Shown: one piece after another, positions 19,594 through 27,578 of the stretch | How the letters are laid out: each line of letters starts with the position of its first letter | Numbering within the stretch: the stretch's first letter is position 1 | From: Mycolicibacterium smegmatis | GTDB taxonomy: Bacteria; Actinomycetota; Actinomycetes; Mycobacteriales; Mycobacteriaceae | NCBI RefSeq assembly: GCF_001457595.1 | Contig: NZ_LN831039.1 | Location: forward strand, 1,260,001 to 1,292,000 | Length of the DNA: 32,000 nucleotides | Reading direction: 5' to 3' | Translations under genes and position numbers: made by a program | The notes under the pieces: model-generated | Databases searched by the model: none | Told to the model about the DNA's origin: nothing | Seen by the model: the letters and a program-made list of their open reading frames with translations, nothing else

Positions 19594-21276
19594 GTGACCG
19601 ACCCGCGTTACGACGCGTCCGAAACTGTCGCGGTGGCCACGACAGCTGCGCCATCGGTGGCGCGGTCACCGCGCGTCGGTTACGTGCCCACCCGCACCAA
19701 CCGTGTGCGCGACGGGGTGGCCGTCGTGTTGCTGGTGCTGGCGCTGCTGCTGCCGTGGAACCTGCAGTTCGGTGTCGGGGTGCCCGGCAGTGACGGGTCG
19801 ACGTTCGTGGTGCTCGCGGTCGTGACGGTGCTCGCGCTGGCGGCCGCGCTGGCCCCGCACGTCGGGCCGCTGCGGTTGGCCGCGCCGAAGGCCGATGTGC
19901 GCCGCACCGGCGTGGTCCGGCTGCTGTTGTGCGTGGCGTACCTGGTCGTGGTGATCGGCTTCGTGGCGTTCCACCTGGTGCAGACCGTCCGCAACGGCGG
20001 TACCGGGGCCGTGCCGCCCGGTGTGGGGCCGGGCCTGCTGCTCGGCGCGGCAGGCGCGCTGTTGGCCGCGCAGCCGCCGATCACGTCGATCACCATCGAG
20101 GACAACAAGTTCCGCCGCTGGTACACCGTGACGCAGGCGATCGGTTTCCTCTCGATCGCGCTGGCGACGCTGTCGGTGGCGTTCAACCTGTACTGGCGGC
20201 TGCGGTATCTGTTCGTCACCGAGGTCGCGTTCGGCAGCCACGACGTCGCGGTGATCGTCACGACGGTGCTCTACGGCGCCGAGGCGATGACCGCGCTGGT
20301 GATCGCCTCCCGATGGCTCACCGAGAAGACCGCGGCCGCGCGCCTTGCGACCACCGCGGTCGGGGTGTCCGGCGCCGTCGCGGCCACGCTGGTGTGGCTC
20401 ATGGGCATCGGCCGCGACATCGACGCCTTCCACGGCATCGCGGAGAACACCTCCACCGCCGCGGTCGGCTACGAGGGGTATCTCGCGTGGGCGGTCGGTG
20501 CGGCCATCGTCGCCCCGACGACGCTGTACGCGGTGTTCCTCATCAAGCCGCCGACCCTCGGCGCCTACCGGGGCGCGGCCCTGAAGTGCTTGACGCTCAT
20601 CGCGTTCTGGGGTTTCGCGGCGGCCGCGCTGCGCATCGTCGACTATGCGGTCGCCGAGTCCCTCAACCTTCCGCGTGCGCTCTACGACAGCGTCGCGATG
20701 ACGGTGTTCAGCCTCCTGACGGCGATCATCGCCCGTTGGGTGCACCGCCAGATCAGCAAGGGCGTGGTGTCCACGGTGGTGACCGCGGCGTTCAGTGCGG
20801 TGCTGTTCGTGTTCACCGTCGCCGACGTCGCCATCGGCGTGGCCCTGGCGCCGCGGTACGCCGCGCCTGCGCCCGACGCGATCTACGGCAACAACCTGGC
20901 ACAGCAGATCACCAGCACCTTCGACATCGTGGTGTGCGTGCTGAGCCTGCTGGTGCTGGCCGTGCTGCTGTTCACCGGCCCGCTGGCCGGGTACCTGTCG
21001 CGTCGTCAGACCGCGAAACCCGCGCCCGCTCCTGCTGCGCAGGTGACTCCCGCGCCGGTGACCCCCGCGGTGCCGGTGGACGACTCCGCGCCGCCAACCC
21101 TCGCGCGCCGGCCACAGCCCGCGGCGGTGCCGAAGATCGTTCGCCTGAAAGAGGATTCGACAACCGTCCTGCCCGCGCCGCCCACCACAGAACTCCAGGT
21201 CCCCACGACCACGCTGCGGATCCAGCGACGGCCCAGTTCCGGGTTCACACCCCGGCCACCCGACAACAACCGGTGA
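19594..21276 (+). CDS. Conserved multi-TM membrane protein with Pro-rich C-terminal region (DUF7937-like)
   Basis: GTG start VTDPRYDASETVAVATTAAP; many TM segments including NRVRDGVAVVLLVLALLLPWNLQFGVG. Family name is tentative. Confidence 0.6.
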   Translation: MTDPRYDASETVAVATTAAPSVARSPRVGYVPTRTNRVRDGVAVVLLVLALLLPWNLQFGVGVPGSDGSTFVVLAVVTVLALAAALAPHVGPLRLAAPKADVRRTGVVRLLLCVAYLVVVIGFVAFHLVQTVRNGGTGAVPPGVGPGLLLGAAGALLAAQPPITSITIEDNKFRRWYTVTQAIGFLSIALATLSVAFNLYWRLRYLFVTEVAFGSHDVAVIVTTVLYGAEAMTALVIASRWLTEKTAAARLATTAVGVSGAVAATLVWLMGIGRDIDAFHGIAENTSTAAVGYEGYLAWAVGAAIVAPTTLYAVFLIKPPTLGAYRGAALKCLTLIAFWGFAAAALRIVDYAVAESLNLPRALYDSVAMTVFSLLTAIIARWVHRQISKGVVSTVVTAAFSAVLFVFTVADVAIGVALAPRYAAPAPDAIYGNNLAQQITSTFDIVVCVLSLLVLAVLLFTGPLAGYLSRRQTAKPAPAPAAQVTPAPVTPAVPVDDSAPPTLARRPQPAAVPKIVRLKEDSTTVLPAPPTTELQVPTTTLRIQRRPSSGFTPRPPDNNR

Positions 21277-21277
21277 C

Positions 21278-21320
21278 TTGTGCACCATTAGCCACAACCG
21301 GCGTGACACGCGGTGCACAA
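21278..21320. promoter_or_regulatory. Inverted repeat TTGTGCACC...GGTGCACAA in the gap before the kinase gene
   Basis: Perfect 9-nt arms 21278-21286 and 21312-21320, each containing the self-complementary core GTGCAC. Confidence 0.45.
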
Positions 21321-21415
21321 AATCGTCGAGCCATTTGCTGTGGTGGCCCGAAATGGGCGTAAATATTCTCTCCAAACCGTAGGTCGGCATCGCGTTGCCC
21401 GTGATAGAACGGGCC

Positions 21416-23290
21416 ATGGCGTTGTCGCAGGGGGCGAAAATCGCCGGCTACACGGTTGAGCGGATGCTTGGCTCCGGGGGAATGGGTGAGGTGTATCTCG
21501 CCCAGCATCCGAGGTTGCCCAGGCATGACGCGCTCAAGGTGCTGCGTGCCAACATCTCGGCCGATCCCGCCTATGTCGAGCGATTCAACAAGGAAGCCGA
21601 CCTGGCGGCGAAACTATGGCACCCGCATATCGTGGGCATCCACGATCGAGGCAAGCACCGGAACCGGTTGTGGATCTCGATGGACTTCGTCGACGGAACC
21701 GACGCGAGCCGCCTGCTGCATGACCGGTACCCGGATGGCATGCCGGTCCCCGAGGTTCTCGACATCGTCAAGGCGGTCGCGGCGGCGCTGGACTATGCGC
21801 ACGGTCGGGGTCTGCTGCATCGCGACGTGAAGCCGGCCAACATCCTGATCTCCGACGGTGACCACGGAGAGCGACGAATCCTGCTCGGCGACTTCGGGGT
21901 TGCAAGAGATCTGGGCGACAGCGCGGGCAACGGCCTGACCGCGACGAACATGACCGTCGGAACCGCGGCGTACGCGGCACCGGAACAGTTGATGGGGCTG
22001 GAACTCGACGGTCGGGCCGATCAGTACTCGCTGGCGGCGACGGCATATCATCTGCTGACCGGCGGGCCGCTGTTCGAGAACTCCAACCCGGCGGTCGTGA
22101 TCGGTCAGCACCTCAACGCACCGCCACCGGCGCTCGGCGACTCGCGACCGGAACTCGCCCCGCTGGATGCGGCGCTGTCTCGCGCGCTGGCCAAGAACCC
22201 GGACGACCGGTTCGCGACGTGCACGGACTTCGCGAACGCTCTCGAGCACCCCCAGAACCACGCGGCGACGATGACCGCGCCCGTACCCAGCCCCAACGAC
22301 GTGCCGACCATGCTCGCTCCGGTGGCCGTGCCATACCCGAGCGGCCCCGCGGCCCCGCCACCACCGAATGGTTCGCGATACCGGCGTGTGGCGTTGGCCG
22401 CGGCAGCCGCCGCAGTCGTGGTTGCGGTGGTCGCGGCTGCGGCTCTTCTCATCAAGCCAACCGAAGAGGCGCCGTCCGCCGAGCCGTTCAGCATTGCGGG
22501 AACACTGCAGTTGCCGCCCGACGTGGTCAAAACCAACGGTCTGCCAAGCGGTTTCATGTGCGCCGGGACGAGCGACTACGGCGACATCGGCCCCGAGACG
22601 CCGATCACCGTGGAAAACGAGTCCGGCGAGTTGCTCGCCAAGGGCGCCATCGAGAGCAGTAGCAAGGGCGGTAACGGCTGCTTCCTCAAGTTCCGGGTCG
22701 ACGACGTGCCGAGCGGTGCTCGCTTCTACCGTGTGCACGTGGCGCAGCGCGCCGAGATGAGCTACACCGAGGAGGAAGCCAAAGCCGGAATCCAGTTCCT
22801 GCTCGGCACCGTTCACGACGAACCGACACCCACGACCACGGCCCCACCGGCCAAGGCATCACCGCCGCCCACCGCCACCCGCACGGTGACGGTCACGCCC
22901 AAAGCCGAGGACACCAGCCTTCAACGCCTGCGCGCCCTGGCCAACAACGACCGTCCCTACGTCGCCGCGATCCTCGCCGATCAGTGGGTGCCCCAGATCA
23001 GTTCCAAGCGTGCGGGTCTGGTCGCCGACGGGGTGACGTGGGACAACGCCAGAATTCTCGACCAGCACATGCGGATGCGAGCGACCTACCCGGATGTTCG
23101 CCTCCTGTGGTCAGGGGACTGGTCGACCTACGACGGGCGAGATTTCTGGGTGACCATCGTCGGTCTGACATCGGATAACCCCGGCGAAATCCTCGCGTGG
23201 TGCAGCAGCGCGGGATTCGACAGGGACAACTGCGCCGCGAAAGTCGTCAGCACGTGGCGGCCCATCGCCGGCAGCACCAAGTACAACTGA
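21416..23290 (+). CDS. Transmembrane serine/threonine protein kinase with extracytoplasmic C-terminal domain
   Basis: [54 protein letters not shown]; [23 protein letters not shown]. Alternative start 21395. Confidence 0.93.
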   Translation: MALSQGAKIAGYTVERMLGSGGMGEVYLAQHPRLPRHDALKVLRANISADPAYVERFNKEADLAAKLWHPHIVGIHDRGKHRNRLWISMDFVDGTDASRLLHDRYPDGMPVPEVLDIVKAVAAALDYAHGRGLLHRDVKPANILISDGDHGERRILLGDFGVARDLGDSAGNGLTATNMTVGTAAYAAPEQLMGLELDGRADQYSLAATAYHLLTGGPLFENSNPAVVIGQHLNAPPPALGDSRPELAPLDAALSRALAKNPDDRFATCTDFANALEHPQNHAATMTAPVPSPNDVPTMLAPVAVPYPSGPAAPPPPNGSRYRRVALAAAAAAVVVAVVAAAALLIKPTEEAPSAEPFSIAGTLQLPPDVVKTNGLPSGFMCAGTSDYGDIGPETPITVENESGELLAKGAIESSSKGGNGCFLKFRVDDVPSGARFYRVHVAQRAEMSYTEEEAKAGIQFLLGTVHDEPTPTTTAPPAKASPPPTATRTVTVTPKAEDTSLQRLRALANNDRPYVAAILADQWVPQISSKRAGLVADGVTWDNARILDQHMRMRATYPDVRLLWSGDWSTYDGRDFWVTIVGLTSDNPGEILAWCSSAGFDRDNCAAKVVSTWRPIAGSTKYN

Positions 23291-23345
23291 CTTGCGGAGT
23301 TTTTCCGGCGCTCAGCGCCAGAAAAACTCCACAAACGCCTGGGAC

Positions 23346-23567
23346 TCAGGACTTGCGGCCGGCCACCAGATACAGGGCGGGCAGCACGCCACCGCTCGTG
23401 ACGAGGCCCAGGGCCACACTCCACAGCTTCTTGGGGCCACGAATTTGGTTCGCATCGCGGCCGGCGAGGTCACGCAGTGCCCAGGCGCGCAGACCGGCAT
23501 CCACCGCGGCAACACCGATCACGGCGGCCTTGGCGGTGGGGGACAGGTCATTCCAGCGCTTCTTCAC
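23346..23567 (-). CDS. Small hypothetical membrane protein, 73 aa
   Basis: MKKRWNDLSPTAKAAVIGVAAVDAGLRAWALRDLAGRDANQIRGPKKLWSVALGLVTSGGVLPALYLVAGRKS; two hydrophobic stretches. Confidence 0.7.
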   Translation of the reverse strand: MKKRWNDLSPTAKAAVIGVAAVDAGLRAWALRDLAGRDANQIRGPKKLWSVALGLVTSGGVLPALYLVAGRKS

Positions 23568-23608
23568 TGCGGCCTTCCTTTCGTTCGGCGGTCATGTGCG
23601 GGACCACA

Positions 23609-24802
23609 TTAACCGTCAGCCGCAGGAAACGTGAGCACGTCACGTCCCAGCGGTAGCTGGTCGTCGCGCCGACCGGTGTCGGCCGTGCTGACCGGAATCG
23701 GTTCGAGCGTGTCGTAGTAGGGCAGGACCTCCTCGAGGGGTGGGGTCCTGCCGGTGACGTCGAAGCTGTCGAAGACGTACGGCAGCCCGTCCGCGTAAAC
23801 GACCGACGGCCGGTCGTTGACCTGGAAGTGCAGATGCGGACCACCGGTGGTGCCGGAACTGCCGACGTCGGCGATGTGGTCACCGCGCCGGACCCGGTCG
23901 TTCGCACGCACCTTGATGCTGCCCTCGCGCAGGTGCGCGTAGATCGCGTAGTGCCCGTCCCCGATGTCGATCGCCACGCGGTTGCCGCCGGCATCCTGCG
24001 GGGTCGGCTCATCACGCGCCTGCCCGACGCGCAGGTCGGGGCGTCCGTCATCGGCCATCGCGATCACACCGTCGGCCACCGCGTACACCGGTTGGCCGAA
24101 GGTGGGAAAGCTGTTGGGAAGCACAGGATCTCCGATGCCGGGCCGATTCTGCGCGTCCAACAGGTTGAAGTCGATCGCATAGCGCTGCGCGATGTACCAG
24201 CGCCCGTCGATGGGATACGTTGCCCGCCGGTGCGGCCCGTCGCAACAACTGCCGAGGGCGATCCACCGTGGACCGGCGAGCGGCGGGCCCAGCACGACGG
24301 GTGGACGTCGGTCCACGTACACCGGGTCGGTGGTGAACGTCCACGCCACCGCGTCCAGCGTCACCCCTTGGGGCGGGTCGATGGTCAGTCGGTGCGTCAG
24401 CGCCGCCGCGGGCGGACCGCTCGACGGGACGTCGAGCCACACCACGGTCATGGCCGACGACGGAACGGCCGTGGTCGGAGGGGACGGCGACGCCGCAAGC
24501 GACATCGCTTCGCGCAGCGCATCATCCGACAGCGACATCAGCGTCGCACCCGAATCGGCGTCGCGGACCTCGAGCGCTGCGACGTTCACCTCCGCGGGCG
24601 CGACATTGGTCAGCAGCAACTCGTAGGCGAGGTGCGTGCGGCCGTCGGTCCCGGTGAACCACCGTGGTGTCGACAGGACCTCGACGAGCATGGGAGTCAG
24701 TTGGCCGGCGGCAGTCGGTTGCTCGACCGGTGCAGGAGGCGACGTGCATGCGGTCACCACGAAGATCAGCAGTGCCGGCAGCGCCCGCAGGCGCCGCGTC
24801 AT
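23609..24802 (-). CDS. Lipoprotein with M23/LytM-like domain (degenerate first metal-ligand motif)
   Basis: MTRRLRALPALLIFVVTACTS lipobox; RYAIDF...GHYAIYAHL...RRGDHIADVGSSGTTGGPHLHFQV. Start 24802 preferred because the longer ORF is read antisense through the ncRNA region. Confidence 0.8.
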   Translation of the reverse strand: MTRRLRALPALLIFVVTACTSPPAPVEQPTAAGQLTPMLVEVLSTPRWFTGTDGRTHLAYELLLTNVAPAEVNVAALEVRDADSGATLMSLSDDALREAMSLAASPSPPTTAVPSSAMTVVWLDVPSSGPPAAALTHRLTIDPPQGVTLDAVAWTFTTDPVYVDRRPPVVLGPPLAGPRWIALGSCCDGPHRRATYPIDGRWYIAQRYAIDFNLLDAQNRPGIGDPVLPNSFPTFGQPVYAVADGVIAMADDGRPDLRVGQARDEPTPQDAGGNRVAIDIGDGHYAIYAHLREGSIKVRANDRVRRGDHIADVGSSGTTGGPHLHFQVNDRPSVVYADGLPYVFDSFDVTGRTPPLEEVLPYYDTLEPIPVSTADTGRRDDQLPLGRDVLTFPAADG

Positions 24803-24922
24803 GGCGGCCATCCCGAATGCTAAACCGCGAACCGTGCCGGCCATGCGTGATTGGACGAGCTGCACCCATGCCGATAAATCGGTAGCGCAGCAAATCCCAC
24901 GGGCGTAGCGTTCTCTTCGCTT

Positions 24923-25058
24923 GGTGATGTGAGCCGGACGTCGATCGGTTACCACTTCTAATGGAATGGTCGCGGGTTCGAATCCCGCCCGCCCTACGCA
25001 GGGCGGTAGCTCAGCTGGCAGAGCATTCCCGGTTGATACCTCACACGCCCACATCACC
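24923..25058 (+). ncRNA. Y-RNA-like (YrlA-type) ncRNA 1 with a circularly permuted tRNA-like module
   Basis: Closing stem GGTGATGTG (24923-24931)/CACATCACC (25050-25058). Inner helix GTCGATCGG (24940-24948)/CCGGTTGAT (25029-25037). T-arm GCGGG-TTCGAAT-CCCGC (24972-24988). Acceptor-like hairpin CCGCCCT-ACGC-AGGGCGG (24989-25006). D-arm GCTC-AGCTGGCA-GAGC (25009-25024). Ro60 gene downstream. Confidence 0.85.
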
Positions 25059-25074
25059 GAGCTCACAACTTCAT

Positions 25075-25184
25075 GGCCGCGGGCCGGACGTCGATCGGTT
25101 ATCTGGCGACTTCAAGGTTCGACTCCTTGGTGTCGACAGCGCTGCGCTGTCGGCAACCGGTTGGCACCTCACACGCTCGCGGCC
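25075..25184 (+). ncRNA. Y-RNA-like ncRNA 2 (T-arm plus hairpin, no recognisable D-arm)
   Basis: Closing stem GGCCGCG (25075-25081)/CGCGGCC (25178-25184). 11-bp helix GTCGATCGGTT (25090-25100)/AACCGGTTGGC (25155-25165). T-arm CAAGG-TTCGACT-CCTTG (25113-25129). Hairpin CGACAGCG-CTG-CGCTGTCG (25134-25152). Shares 19 nt GCCGGACGTCGATCGGTTA and CCGGTTG..ACCTCACACGC with ncRNA 1. Confidence 0.75.
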
Positions 25185-25225
25185 CCTGACCCATGTCCAC
25201 ATCGACCCAGAGAAAGGAGAAGCCC

Positions 25226-26920
25226 GTGGACATCCTCAAGACCATTCGCCTGCGTCAGACGCCGCAGGCCCCGGCCGCAACGCCGGGGCAGGTGCGCAAC
25301 GCGGCGGGCGGGTACACCTTTCCGGTCGATGACTGGGCCCGGGTACACCGCTTCCTGACGCTGGGCACCGACGGCGGCACGTACTACACGGCCGACCGTG
25401 AGCTCACGCGCGACAACGCCGAGGTCGTACTGCGTGTTGCCGCAACCGATCCCGTCGGTCTGGTGAACCGGATCGTCGAGGTGTCGGACGCCGGTCGCGC
25501 GCCGAAGGCCAACCCGGCGCTGTTCGCGCTGGCCATCGCCGCCTCATCGGAGGACGTCGACGGCCGGCGTGCCGCGCTGGCCGCGCTGCCCCGGGTCGCC
25601 CGCACGGCCACCCACCTGTTCCTGTTCGCCGGTTACGTCGAGCAGTTCCGCGGGTGGGGGCCGACGCTGCGTCGCGCCGTATCCCGTTGGTACACCGAGC
25701 GTCCCGTCGATGCGCTGGCCTACCAGCTGGTGAAGTACCGGCAGCGTGGCGGGTGGAGCCACCGCGACATGCTGCGGCTGGCCCGCCCGTCCGGTGTCGT
25801 CCATCCGGCCCGGCGCATGGCGTTCAACTGGGCGGCAGGAAAGGGTCTGGGCGACTACGCCGAGGCGCCTGCCCGGCTCACCGACGCCGAGCTGAAGGTG
25901 GGACAGCGCACCGCTGTCCGGCCGCCGGTGCGCGCCGAGGTGGTGCCCGACGAGCTCGCGATCATCGCCGACTTCGAGGACGCCCAGGCGGCCTCGACCG
26001 CCGCGCGGTGGATCGAGATCATCGACCGTGGCCACGGGCTGTCGTGGGAGATGCTGCCCGACGCGGCGCTGGCGCAACCGGCGGTGTGGGAGGCGCTGAT
26101 CGACCGCGGCATACCGCAGACTGCGCTGATGCGTCAGCTGCCCCGCCTGACCCGGCTGGGTGTGCTCTCAGGTGCCGTCGGGGACACAGTCGCCGAGCAG
26201 CTCGCCGACCGTGACCGGCTGGTCAAGGCCCGCGTGCACCCGGTGAATGTCCTTGTGGCGCAGCGTACCTACGCTCGCGGCCGCGGTGCCCGCGGCCAGG
26301 GGGTGTGGACGCCCGTCGCGAAGATCGCCGATGCGCTGGACGCCGCGTTCTACGCGGCCTACGGTGCGGTGCGTCCGGCGTACAAGCGCACGCTGCTGGC
26401 GCTCGACGTGTCGGGGTCGATGACCTCGCCGGTGTCGGGTCTTCCGATCTCGTGTCGGGAGGCAGCGGCGGCACTGGCGCTGGTGACGGCGGCGACCGAG
26501 CCTGCGCACCGCATCATCGGGTTCACCGCGGGCCGCGGTGGCCACGCCCAGCGAGCGGTGAGCGAGCTGGACATCAGCCCGCGCCGACGGCTCGACGACG
26601 TGTGCCGCTACACGGCGGACCTGCCGTTCGGTGCCACCGACTGCGCGCTGCCGATGATGTGGGCGCTGCGGCGCGGGGTGAAGGTGGACACGTTCCACAT
26701 CTACACCGACAACGAGACCTGGTACGGAAACATCCATCCGCACCAGGCGCTGGCCGAGTACCGGCACAAGATGGGCATCGATGCGCGACTGGTCGTCGTT
26801 GCGATGACCTCGTCGCACAACTCGATCGCCGATCCGGCCGATCCGCGCCAGCTCGACATCTCCGGGTTCGACTCGGCGGTGCCGACTCTGCTCGCCGATT
26901 TCTCACGCGGCGACATCTAG
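25226..26920 (+). CDS. rsr: TROVE-domain protein, bacterial Ro60 ortholog (Rsr)
   Basis: TGGTYYTADRELTRDNAEVVLR...PVGLVNRIVEVSDAGRAPKANPALFALAIAA...YQLVKYRQRGGWSHRDMLRLARP plus C-terminal vWA-like LLALDVSGSM. GTG start at 25226 after AAGGAG (alternative ATG 25193). Confidence 0.92.
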   Translation: MDILKTIRLRQTPQAPAATPGQVRNAAGGYTFPVDDWARVHRFLTLGTDGGTYYTADRELTRDNAEVVLRVAATDPVGLVNRIVEVSDAGRAPKANPALFALAIAASSEDVDGRRAALAALPRVARTATHLFLFAGYVEQFRGWGPTLRRAVSRWYTERPVDALAYQLVKYRQRGGWSHRDMLRLARPSGVVHPARRMAFNWAAGKGLGDYAEAPARLTDAELKVGQRTAVRPPVRAEVVPDELAIIADFEDAQAASTAARWIEIIDRGHGLSWEMLPDAALAQPAVWEALIDRGIPQTALMRQLPRLTRLGVLSGAVGDTVAEQLADRDRLVKARVHPVNVLVAQRTYARGRGARGQGVWTPVAKIADALDAAFYAAYGAVRPAYKRTLLALDVSGSMTSPVSGLPISCREAAAALALVTAATEPAHRIIGFTAGRGGHAQRAVSELDISPRRRLDDVCRYTADLPFGATDCALPMMWALRRGVKVDTFHIYTDNETWYGNIHPHQALAEYRHKMGIDARLVVVAMTSSHNSIADPADPRQLDISGFDSAVPTLLADFSRGDI

Positions 26921-26979
26921 CGGCACAGGCGGGGGTGACGGTTTCGACCGTCACCCCCGTTCTGTCATCTCCGTCTCTG

Positions 26980-27420
26980 TCATCTCCGTCCGATCTCGAT
27001 GCCGAGCAGTTTGAGCCCGTCCTTGATGCGCTTGTCGGCGCCGTCGATGGTGTCGGAGAACTTCCGCAGCTGCGCCGGGGACGACGTCGCCGACAGCGTC
27101 ATGCACTGCTCGGCCCAGTCGCGGTATCCGTCCAAGCCGTCGCGCAGGGCCTCGTTGACCGCCACGTCCGGGCCGGGCAGCACCTTGCGTTTGGCCTTGT
27201 CGATGTAGCCGCGCAGATCCGCGCACGCCGACTGCAACTCCAGGTAGTCCTTGGTGCCCATCGCGTCGCTGATCGGTCCGAGTTGGCCGCCCAGACCGGC
27301 GACGGCCTGCGTCACCGCATCGCGCCATTCGTCGTCGACCGGCGCGGCGACCGGGGTGCCCGCGATCGCGCACCCGGTGAGCAGGAACCCTGCAGCCGCC
27401 ACGGCGACGATACCCCTCAT
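26980..27420 (-). CDS. Small conserved lipoprotein
   Basis: MRGIVAVAAAGFLLTGCAIAGTPVAAP lipobox LLTGC; the rest is helical, function unknown. Confidence 0.75.
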   Translation of the reverse strand: MRGIVAVAAAGFLLTGCAIAGTPVAAPVDDEWRDAVTQAVAGLGGQLGPISDAMGTKDYLELQSACADLRGYIDKAKRKVLPGPDVAVNEALRDGLDGYRDWAEQCMTLSATSSPAQLRKFSDTIDGADKRIKDGLKLLGIEIGRR

Positions 27421-27578
27421 GACCCCGAGCCTATTGAGCGGCCCGACGAGCGGCACTCCGGCACCGCGCCGCAACCCCGTGAACAGCCGATCGGCGTGAC
27501 ATGAACCCAGTCAGCGCGAGTAAGCGGCATCACACCGGTAGCCTCAGTTACTGAGAATCAGCCAGATCGGGGGATCGT

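Noticed and set aside
19666-21417. Minus-strand ORF of 583 aa antisense to the multi-TM protein
   Set aside because: His/Arg/Gly-rich shadow ORF; the plus strand has coherent TM segments.
21614-22816. Minus-strand ORF of 400 aa opposite the kinase gene
   Set aside because: Antisense shadow ORF; the plus strand carries all kinase motifs.
24952-25030. Apparent tRNA gene(s), e.g. tRNA-Arg(UCU)-like, from T-arm, D-arm and anticodon-like loop
   Set aside because: The 3' part precedes the 5' part and the acceptor strands are joined by a 4-nt loop. A second unit with the same flanks and the adjacent Ro60 gene favour Y RNAs over an authentic linear tRNA.
24803-25066. N-terminal extension of the M23 ORF (MSSVMWACEV...VGRAGFEPATIPLEVVTD...)
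   Set aside because: GRAGFEPATIPL-type peptides arise from antisense reading through tRNA-like T-arms. A lipoprotein signal starts cleanly at 24802.
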